DNA from: a candidate division WOR-3 bacterium
GTDB taxonomy: Bacteria; Hydrothermota; Tepidihabitantia; Tepidihabitantales; Tepidihabitantaceae
Direction: 5' to 3'
Assembly (NCBI GenBank): GCA_965649295.1
Contig: CBFGKH010000004.1
Location: forward strand, 64,001 to 128,000
Length of the DNA stretch: 64,000 bases
In this document: positions 56,526 through 64,000 of the stretch, one piece after another
Numbering within the stretch: the first letter of the stretch is position 1
Layout of the letters: each line of letters opens with the position of its first letter
Program-made: the position numbers and the translations under genes
The notes under the pieces: generated by a model
The model's input: only the letters and a program-made list of their open reading frames with translations
Databases searched by the model: none
Told to the model about the DNA's origin: nothing

Positions 56526-58151
56526 ATAAGCACGTTGCTGGCTGCCATAGTTCTTGCCGGTGCACTGACGCTGCCGTATGAACCACTCGTCGGCACGATT
56601 GACACAATCGGCGGCACGAGCTACGACTGGTGGTTCGGCGGCCCGGCCTATCGGCTGATTGCCAACGCACCTGGCCATGGCCTGCACGTGACCTGGATGC
56701 ACTCCACCGCGCTTGCTGGCAGTTCCTACCCGGACCGGAATCTGCGCTACCGGTTTTTCGAGTTTGCCGGCGACACCTGGCTCTGGCCGGACACCACCTG
56801 GGTCAACGCCGGGATGAACGCCTTCGCTGAACGTTCCGGCTTCGGCAATATTGCCGTAGATCAGCGAACTGGCTCTGCCGTAATCGGTCGCCAGTGGGCC
56901 CGTTCCGGCACGGTCACACTCGGCTGCGCCCGTGACATTGCCGCAGGCGCAGGCCTGTTCGAATACGCGACCGACGCTAACACCGACAACTACGCTTGGA
57001 GTGTCACTGCTGTTGACACGAGTGGCATAGTTCATCAACTAGCGATGACTCAGGACTATTTACTCGGCTACTTCCGCATCTCAACCTGGCCAGACTATGG
57101 GCCGGCGGTTACCGGTTTCGTGCCCGGGCCGAGTTTCCCCAGCCACAATCTGGCCACGGCTGGTTTTGGCCAGCGCTTAGTATGCTGCTGGGTCGCTGAG
57201 AACTGGCCAGCCATCAATCAGGCCTTCTTCTGCGAGTCCACCGACCGCGGCACAACCTGGGGACGAATTGTCGAACTCGTTCCACCCCAAGCTTTTGGCG
57301 GCGATACTCTCACGTCTTTTCATATTACCTCGCTGCATCCGTTCTACGACCGCGATGCCCGGCTCCACTTCACGGTCAACCTAATGCCGGTAGTCAACGA
57401 CACCGGCTATGCGATGCCCAGCGCAATCTGGCACTGGAGTGAAGGCGTGTGGACCGAAATCACGCGGGCCGGCTGCGACCCAGCCCATCTACTCGGCACA
57501 ATCGGCTACAACGCTACCTATGCGTGCCGCCCCAATCTTGGAGCTGACGACTTCGGCAACCTCCACGTGGTCTGGGAGCAATTCGATTCGATGAATGTCG
57601 AGCCGGTCACTGGCCGACTACGGGCCGACGTCTTCTACAGTCGTTCCGGTGACAATGGCCTGACTTGGTCTCTGCCGACAAAGCTGACCGATGCCGGCAC
57701 CAACTCATGCCGCTACCCGACTATCACCGAACTCATCAGTGCCAGCCGTGACACGCTCGATATCCTCTATCTACTCGACATAACCGCCGGATTTGCGGTA
57801 CAGGGTGAACATCCCAATGAATACAACCCCGTCATCGTTCATCATGTTCCCTTGAGCTTTGGCGCAGAAGAGCGGCAGGCGAAAGGCCCGCTGCGAACCG
57901 AACTGCTCGCACTGCCAAGCGTGATACGGGATGCAGCACAGATTTCCTACACCCTAGTCAGTACCGACGACGTCAGGCTAGTACTGCATAATGTGTCAGG
58001 CCAGGTTGTACGGACCTTAGTGCTGGGACCGCGCCCTGCCGGGACGCATTCGAAGATGCTGCTCGCAGACAAGCTGCCAACCGGTGTCTTCTTCCTGACA
58101 TTGGAATCACGCGACACGCGACTCAGCCGAAAGGTTGTTATCAGCCGCTAG
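56526..58151 (+). CDS. Secreted BNR/Asp-box beta-propeller protein with T9SS-like C-terminal domain
   Basis: Signal peptide; Asp-boxes STDRGTTW and SGDNGLTW; CTD ISY.L.....V.L...NVSG..V..L...LPTGVFF......KVVI.R; start ATA 56526 or TTG 56535. Confidence 0.75.
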   Translation: MSTLLAAIVLAGALTLPYEPLVGTIDTIGGTSYDWWFGGPAYRLIANAPGHGLHVTWMHSTALAGSSYPDRNLRYRFFEFAGDTWLWPDTTWVNAGMNAFAERSGFGNIAVDQRTGSAVIGRQWARSGTVTLGCARDIAAGAGLFEYATDANTDNYAWSVTAVDTSGIVHQLAMTQDYLLGYFRISTWPDYGPAVTGFVPGPSFPSHNLATAGFGQRLVCCWVAENWPAINQAFFCESTDRGTTWGRIVELVPPQAFGGDTLTSFHITSLHPFYDRDARLHFTVNLMPVVNDTGYAMPSAIWHWSEGVWTEITRAGCDPAHLLGTIGYNATYACRPNLGADDFGNLHVVWEQFDSMNVEPVTGRLRADVFYSRSGDNGLTWSLPTKLTDAGTNSCRYPTITELISASRDTLDILYLLDITAGFAVQGEHPNEYNPVIVHHVPLSFGAEERQAKGPLRTELLALPSVIRDAAQISYTLVSTDDVRLVLHNVSGQVVRTLVLGPRPAGTHSKMLLADKLPTGVFFLTLESRDTRLSRKVVISR

Positions 58152-58530
58152 AATAGTATCTCTCCAAGTTACTCTGGTGTGGAAGGATAGGCGATCGTCC
58201 CCGCACCGGCAAAGGGAAGACAAAGATTGAGGGGGGAGTGACCCCCGGAGTCACCCCCAGAGCCACAATCAGGCTGTCTCTGCAGGCGAGTCGAGAGTCG
58301 GCTCGAGGGGTTAAGCCGATAACCTGTCAGGACTTGGCTCGACAACCGAGCTCCGGTCCCACAGCAGAGTTCTGTGTCGCGGTCTCTGGCCTGAGAATTG
58401 TCAGTGCCGGTCTGAGGTTGAGCCCTGCCAGCAATCGCCGATTCACCTGCCCAGCCAAGACAGAGACCAACGTCTGATGGAGTGGTCAGCCGGTTAGACG
58501 GTTATCTGTCTTGCTGGCGGTAGTAAGGCA

Positions 58531-58556
58531 GCGGGGCGGGCACTGGCCCGCCCCGC
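58531..58556. terminator. Hairpin just downstream of the S8 peptidase gene
   Basis: GCGGGGCGGGC-ACTG-GCCCGCCCCGC perfect 11-bp stem. Confidence 0.75.
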
Positions 58557-58575
58557 CCAGTCTTATGAACCCTAC

Positions 58576-61269
58576 CTAGCGCAGAACAGCTGTCTTCTGG
58601 GCCCAAACCCCGTTCGGAGTGGCAATCTGTATCAAGTAGGTACCGGCGACAAGCTTGTTGCCTTCAAGGATGAAGGTCACCCGGTTCGACTTTGTCACCT
58701 GTTGCGTCTCGCTATGAACAACTCGACCGTCGGTGGCGACAACCCGGAGCGTCACCGGGCCGGTAGTCGGCGCGGTAAAGCGCACATGTGCCCGGACTGC
58801 GAACGGGTTGGGCGTGATTTCAACAGCTGTCGGATTGACTGCCGCCGGCGCAGCCTGTTCGAGCTCAATTCCCGGCAGCGGCTCGCCAAACCACTCCAAG
58901 CAGCGTCGGATGATCGTCCACTTCTGCAAGTAGCGGGTGGGGGATTGATCAATCGCCTCAAACGCGCAAGCGAAGAAGACCAGTTTGTAGGCGCCACCAA
59001 AACGGACTACGGCGTGAACTGTCGTGTCACCGTAGTCGCGGTAGTAGGCGCAACCGAACGCACCGCCAATCGGCCGAACCCCATCGGCTGACCGCAATCC
59101 ATTGCCCGCGCCGCCAGCCCCGCCCAAGACCATCGTGTCACCGCGCGTAATCGGGTCGCCAGGGATGCCGACAAGGTAGAACTTGCCAGTTGAGTCATCA
59201 ACAAAGCTCGTGTGCAGGTAGTCGCTCAGGAACGAGTGGCCGTTCAGGTCCTGGGCGATGCTCTGACCGCAGAGCAGCAGATTCTTGCCCGCATCGAGAT
59301 AAGCGGTCAGGGCAGTGATGTCGTTGTCGGTCAGCGTCGTGCTCGAATCGTTGCCGGTGAACCAAATGACAACTGGGTAGCGCAGCAGGTCGGCGGCTGA
59401 TGGCGAGCCCTGAGTCTGAACCGTGTGGACGTCGTAGAGCGCCCGAATCGAATCACAGGCAGCCTTGTACCAGTTCTCGTAGTTCTGCCCGTCATCGTCG
59501 TCAACTAGCAGGATGCGTGGCGAGCCGCAGATTGTACCGAACCAGAGCATGGAATCTACTGCCGGTGGTGTCGAATGAACCATTACACGAAAGAGCAGCC
59601 GCTGCGGCGCTAGGTCCGGCGGTATCGTGACAACAAAGGAATCGGCAGAGTTGTTGGCTGAACTGCCGCCTGGAATATCACCAAAGTTCGAGCGACCACG
59701 GTCAATAACAACTGCTGGATTGGTGCAAGTCAGGTCAGCCGTGACACCAGTCGCATTGGCCCAGCCAGCACCATTGGCGAGGGTAACGATGAAGCTGACC
59801 GTCTCGCCGGGGTCGGGCCGACCATTGCCGGACGGCTCGTTGATACGCCAGTCAGCAAGAGTGATGTTGCAGTAGTAGATACGCAGCGTGACATTGCCGA
59901 GCGAGACGCGACCGGCACCCAGTTTGCCCTGAGCATAGAGCGGGTCCGGCATCGAATCACAGGCCTCGTGCAAGACATCAATGACCTGCTGGTTGTTCAG
60001 TGTCGGATTCCAGGACTTGATCCAGCAGGCAACGCCGGCTGCCAGTGGCGCCGCCATTGACGTGCCGTCCATCGAGGCATAAGAACCCATTGCCCGTGGT
60101 ACGGTTGAGTAGATAGCAACCCCTGGGGCCGATACATCAACCCAGGTTCCCCAGTTTGAGAAGTCGGCCTTCATGTCAGCCTGATTCGAGGCAGCAACGC
60201 ACTCAACGCCGTTGTAACAGGCCGGATAGCGCATCTGCTCAAGGTACTCATTGCCGGCCGAACCAAACAGCACACAGCCACCGGTCCAGGCATCCCAGCA
60301 GGCATCGCGAAGAGCGGCGTTCTGGCTCGTGCCGCCGAACGACATCGAGATTGCGAACACGCCCTTGACCATTCCGTAGTAGATGGCCGAGACTGCGCGG
60401 TCAAGATAAACGCCGCCGCCGGTGCCACAGCGGACCGCAATCGAACGACAGTTCCAGGCTGCGGCAGCGACGCCGACGCCGTTGTTCGTCACAGCGTTGG
60501 CCGTTCCGTAGCAGTGAGTACCGTGGTCGTCAGTACCCGTTGGCATTGGCGTTGGGTCACGCGAAACAAAATCCCAGCCGATGACATCATCGGCATAACC
60601 GTTCTGATCCTGGTCAATGCCGTCTCGGTCACCACCCTGGCTTGCCGGCGTCGAATCGAAAACACCATTGCCGTTCAGGTCTTCAAGCGTGTTGATCCAG
60701 ACATTGGCACCAAGGTCCGGATGCATCCAATCGAACCCGTCATCAACCGCCATATGCCGAACTGACGGACTGCCGTGAGCAACACCCCAGGCATACGGCC
60801 CCTGCAACCGGGCCAGGTGCCACTGCGATGCGTAGTAGGGATCGTTGGGCACGTCGTCAAGTCTAAGAACAGCATTGGGCTCGGCATAAGCCACTTCTGG
60901 CAGCGCCTCCAGTTCAGCGGCAACAGCGAAGACATCCTGGTCGGCGTCGAACTGAATCGTGTACATCAGGTCGCCCTGGTAGCGGCCAGCCAGTATCTGG
61001 GCCTGCTCCGGCGTGACCAGCGGCATCGCATCACTAACACGCCAGCGGGCACAGACTGCATCAACTGACGCAATCCCAAAACTGACGGTCCCGTCCCTGA
61101 CCACGAGCTTGGCGCGGCCGCGCTGCGATGGGTCGAGCTTGATCACCAGCTGGCCAGCAACGTAACGCTCACCAGCAGCGGTCGTGACTATCGGTCGGTC
61201 AACAACGGTCGGAACAGCGAGCAGAGTTGTTGCCAGTAGCAGGACAAGCGTGAGCACACGGATCTGCAT
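58576..61269 (-). CDS. Secreted subtilisin-family (S8) serine peptidase with T9SS-like C-terminal domain
   Basis: Signal peptide MQIRV.. after GAGGAGG; VDDG, HGTH, AGN, GTSMAAP catalytic motifs; ILLVDDD domain; PNPF...GTY CTD. Confidence 0.93.
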   Translation of the reverse strand: MQIRVLTLVLLLATTLLAVPTVVDRPIVTTAAGERYVAGQLVIKLDPSQRGRAKLVVRDGTVSFGIASVDAVCARWRVSDAMPLVTPEQAQILAGRYQGDLMYTIQFDADQDVFAVAAELEALPEVAYAEPNAVLRLDDVPNDPYYASQWHLARLQGPYAWGVAHGSPSVRHMAVDDGFDWMHPDLGANVWINTLEDLNGNGVFDSTPASQGGDRDGIDQDQNGYADDVIGWDFVSRDPTPMPTGTDDHGTHCYGTANAVTNNGVGVAAAAWNCRSIAVRCGTGGGVYLDRAVSAIYYGMVKGVFAISMSFGGTSQNAALRDACWDAWTGGCVLFGSAGNEYLEQMRYPACYNGVECVAASNQADMKADFSNWGTWVDVSAPGVAIYSTVPRAMGSYASMDGTSMAAPLAAGVACWIKSWNPTLNNQQVIDVLHEACDSMPDPLYAQGKLGAGRVSLGNVTLRIYYCNITLADWRINEPSGNGRPDPGETVSFIVTLANGAGWANATGVTADLTCTNPAVVIDRGRSNFGDIPGGSSANNSADSFVVTIPPDLAPQRLLFRVMVHSTPPAVDSMLWFGTICGSPRILLVDDDDGQNYENWYKAACDSIRALYDVHTVQTQGSPSAADLLRYPVVIWFTGNDSSTTLTDNDITALTAYLDAGKNLLLCGQSIAQDLNGHSFLSDYLHTSFVDDSTGKFYLVGIPGDPITRGDTMVLGGAGGAGNGLRSADGVRPIGGAFGCAYYRDYGDTTVHAVVRFGGAYKLVFFACAFEAIDQSPTRYLQKWTIIRRCLEWFGEPLPGIELEQAAPAAVNPTAVEITPNPFAVRAHVRFTAPTTGPVTLRVVATDGRVVHSETQQVTKSNRVTFILEGNKLVAGTYLIQIATPNGVWAQKTAVLR

Positions 61270-61363
61270 AGTATGCCTCCTCAGAGGATTGTTGTTTGTC
61301 GGACAACGGCGTGTTACGGTCTTCTTTTCGCCTAGGGAATCATAGGCTAGCTGCAGGCGAGTG

Positions 61364-62131
61364 TCAACGCTGGGCAGCCGGTCTGTCCGCCGCAATGATT
61401 AGCTGTTCGGGAATACCCTTGAGATTGGGAACTTCCCAATGCTGGCGAACATCGCCGACCTCTTCGAGCGCCGCAATCTGCAGACCAGCCGCGATCAGAT
61501 GATAGACGTGGTCGGCAATCGGCCAGTGGTATTCAAAGCGACCCAGTTCAGCCCCAGGCCGAGTCGGGTCCGGCGGGTCAAACTCATTACGCGGACGAAT
61601 CCGGTGAAAGTAGGAATAGCGAATGCGCGGATGTCCCGGTTCCTGCTTCCAGATGCGCCGGAAAGGATGATACTCATTCACTATCAGCCGCCCACCGGCA
61701 ACAAGTACTCGACGCACCGCTGCATAGAAACGACCAAGGTCACCAAGCTGCGACGCAAGCTGAGCCGCATAGCAAAAGTCCGCTGACTCAGTCTTGACAT
61801 CAGCAAGGTCTGTCAGGTCAGACTGCATTAGCTCGATGTGAACGCCAAGAACCTGAGTGCGCACAAGCAGCACATCCAGCAGGCTGGCGCTAGCGTCAAC
61901 TGCCGTTACTTGAGCACCCAGACCAGCCAGCGCTAAGGCTGCCATGCCGTCACCAACGCCAAGCACATAGAGCCGCCGGCCAGCAACTGGCATCACCAGT
62001 TCCAGCTCGACCTGATTGAGGGCCAGACTTGGCATGGTAACAACCTGACGCCAGATTTCGCCGGCATCCGGCGACCGCTCCCAGGTCGGAGCAACCGGCA
62101 CCCATTCCTGCCGGCTCATCGCTTCACTCAA
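61364..62131 (-). CDS. Class I SAM-dependent methyltransferase
   Basis: VLGVGDG motif I variant, GAQVTAVD.S, RVL..GG, E.HPF. Confidence 0.8.
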   Translation of the reverse strand: MSEAMSRQEWVPVAPTWERSPDAGEIWRQVVTMPSLALNQVELELVMPVAGRRLYVLGVGDGMAALALAGLGAQVTAVDASASLLDVLLVRTQVLGVHIELMQSDLTDLADVKTESADFCYAAQLASQLGDLGRFYAAVRRVLVAGGRLIVNEYHPFRRIWKQEPGHPRIRYSYFHRIRPRNEFDPPDPTRPGAELGRFEYHWPIADHVYHLIAAGLQIAALEEVGDVRQHWEVPNLKGIPEQLIIAADRPAAQR

Positions 62132-62763
62132 GGCCGGGGCCCAATGCGGTAGTCAACCAATACCGCACTGTCGGTCCCGACCAACCGCTTGACCAACCCA
62201 ACACCTGGCGCCAGCCAGTGTAGTTCAGTCACCTGGGCCAGCGTGTCTATTAGCTCGGCGCGGAACAGCTCGATTCGATAACAGTCGTTGAAAGTACCGG
62301 CCGGCGTCGAGACATCTTCAATTGCCGCCACCCGACCAGCCAGACTGTCGAAGATTGCTAATGTCTCGTTGCCCAGCACCCGAACCGTGTCACGAAAGGT
62401 CTCGCTCCATGTGTTGCCAAGAACCAACGGAAACTCGTAAACCCGAGCAAACCGGGCCTCAACCTCAACCTCGTTGCCACCGCGATAGACAGCCCGACGC
62501 TGATAGCGCCAGGCCCCGGTCCGGTCGCGCACCCAGAACTCGGGAACAAACGACCGAAGAACGATTATCGCCGTGCGCTCAGCGATAGCCGTGTCGCCGG
62601 CCACCGAGTCAATCAAGGTAAACTGACCGGTAGTGTAGGTCCAGCGTGTATCCTGGACCAGCGGGAAATAGTCAGCGCCGGCCCGATACAATGTCATATC
62701 TGTGCAGCCGATCAGGGAAAGAAGGAGCCAGCTGAAAGACAACAGCCAATATCTAGAACCCAT
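62128..62763 (-). CDS. Hypothetical lipoprotein (TapB/DUF3108-like)
   Basis: Lipobox LIGC; DYFPL....W.Y, E.V.TPAG.F..C, W.APGVG.VK. Confidence 0.75.
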   Translation of the reverse strand: MGSRYWLLSFSWLLLSLIGCTDMTLYRAGADYFPLVQDTRWTYTTGQFTLIDSVAGDTAIAERTAIIVLRSFVPEFWVRDRTGAWRYQRRAVYRGGNEVEVEARFARVYEFPLVLGNTWSETFRDTVRVLGNETLAIFDSLAGRVAAIEDVSTPAGTFNDCYRIELFRAELIDTLAQVTELHWLAPGVGLVKRLVGTDSAVLVDYRIGPRP

Positions 62764-63271
62764 AGCTCACTCCGACGGTCAGAATCGCAACCCAACAGGT
62801 GACAAGACGAGTGACCGCGCCTGCTGGCCTGGCACTAAGGAAGAGAGCATTGTCAAATCCGAAACTCAGCCGACTACGCCCTTGGCGTTCCACAATCTCC
62901 ATGCCCACGTGCGCCGAAGGCGACCGGCCCGACTCCGCTGCCGGGCCCAGACTACGCCGGGCAAACCCATATCCCGGACCGGCACCAACTGCAATCCCCC
63001 AGCTCGGCTGCCGCACGAACTCAAAAGCATAACGCAAGGCAAATTCGCCAAGGTCCAACCGATAGGGACTTGACTGCGGGCCGGGCAGACCAGTATAGGC
63101 GTAGCTCAACTCAAGGCGACTCCGGCCACTGGCCCAGCCGAGAGCCACCCCAAGACGGGCACTAGACGTATGAGCAGGTGCAAGCCCAGTGGCGGGCAGG
63201 GCCGCGCCAATCGAACCACCGATATCAAAACCGGAAATCACCAGCAACGGCAGGAGAGTAAAGACTAGCAC
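62753..63271 (-). CDS. Small outer-membrane beta-barrel-like protein
   Basis: Signal peptide, alternating amphipathic strands, C-terminal GVSYGF. Confidence 0.65.
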   Translation of the reverse strand: MLVFTLLPLLVISGFDIGGSIGAALPATGLAPAHTSSARLGVALGWASGRSRLELSYAYTGLPGPQSSPYRLDLGEFALRYAFEFVRQPSWGIAVGAGPGYGFARRSLGPAAESGRSPSAHVGMEIVERQGRSRLSFGFDNALFLSARPAGAVTRLVTCWVAILTVGVSYGF

Positions 63272-63319
63272 CCTGAAACTGTAGGCCGGCAGCTAGCCAA
63301 GTCAAGTTGCGGCAGCTGC

Positions 63320-64000
63320 TCAACCTAGCGCCAGCATCCGCTCAATCGCGGCCCGGGCCCGATCAACGACCTGGCTGGGCAGCACTATCTCCGGCACACT
63401 ACCGGCAAGGGCTGCCTCAACACTCGCCAGTGACGTCAGTTTCATATTGCGACAAAGCGCGGCCCGGCGCAGAGGGTAACAGCGGACTTGAGGATGATCG
63501 CGGGCAATTCTCGCGCACATTCCTGCCTCAGTACCGAGTACAACCTCGCCGTAGCTCGCTGCCAGCCGCACCATTCCTGATGTCGAAGCGACATCATCAG
63601 CCGCCGCAATCACCTCAGGCCGGCACTCGGGGTGAACAATAACCCTGGCATTCGGATGTTCCCGACGGGCTCTGGCCACATCTTCGACACGGAACCCGGC
63701 GTGTACGTAGCAGAATCCTGGCCAGGGAATAATGGCACGACCAGTGGTGCGGGCGACATAGCTGGCAAGATTCTCATCCGGCACGAAGAGAATCCGATCC
63801 CTCGCCGGCAACGAATTCACCACTCTGACCGCATTGGCCGAGGTACAGCAGATGTCCGCCTCCGCCTTGACCTCGGCGGTCGTGTTGACATAGGCAACTA
63901 CCGTCACCGGTTCAAGCTCACGTCGGCGTTGGCGCAACGCCGCGGCTGATATCATGTCGGCCATCTGACAACCGGCTGTTGGCTCAGCCAGTACGACCCT
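63320..64000 (-). CDS. nadA: Quinolinate synthase (runs off window end)
   Basis: AGCQMAD, YVNT.AEVKA..D.CCTS.NA, PD.NL, G.C.VH, HPEC, STSGM, TE.G, C.NMK. Confidence 0.97.
   Translation of the reverse strand, partial: RVVLAEPTAGCQMADMISAAALRQRRRELEPVTVVAYVNTTAEVKAEADICCTSANAVRVVNSLPARDRILFVPDENLASYVARTTGRAIIPWPGFCYVHAGFRVEDVARARREHPNARVIVHPECRPEVIAAADDVASTSGMVRLAASYGEVVLGTEAGMCARIARDHPQVRCYPLRRAALCRNMKLTSLASVEAALAGSVPEIVLPSQVVDRARAAIERMLALG

Overview
A 64-kb stretch of core chromosome from a diderm, probably anaerobic bacterium. The gene content (many secreted proteins with a T9SS-like C-terminal Ig domain, a PorV-like barrel, Lpt genes, class III RNR, Na+-type pyrophosphatase) suggests an FCB-associated candidate lineage such as WOR-3; this is inference from sequence motifs only, with no database search. 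It holds about 54 CDS, including pgk (partial), tpiA, secG, rplU, tgt, ptsH/ptsI, dnaN, lptE/F/G, rlmD, polX, rng, nrdR/nrdD, thiL, yggS, hppA, rfbC/rfbB, ribBA/ribH, nusB and nadA (partial). It also holds tRNA-Val(CAC), tmRNA and one internally deleted IS1202/ISNCY-type element. No CRISPR array, rRNA or prophage was seen. Most notable: (1) an spt plus ceramide-synthase-like gene pair suggesting sphingolipid synthesis; (2) a T9SS-like export module with a PorV-like barrel fused to an OmpA-C anchor beside a CTD cargo gene; (3) a solo PUA/EVE-like plus DUF559 nuclease; (4) widespread leaderless gene architecture and a bias towards 16-bp promoter spacers; (5) a double-ATP-cone NrdD with tandem DnaA boxes upstream and no adjacent nrdG; (6) two unexplained intergenic elements with 12-nt periodicity.
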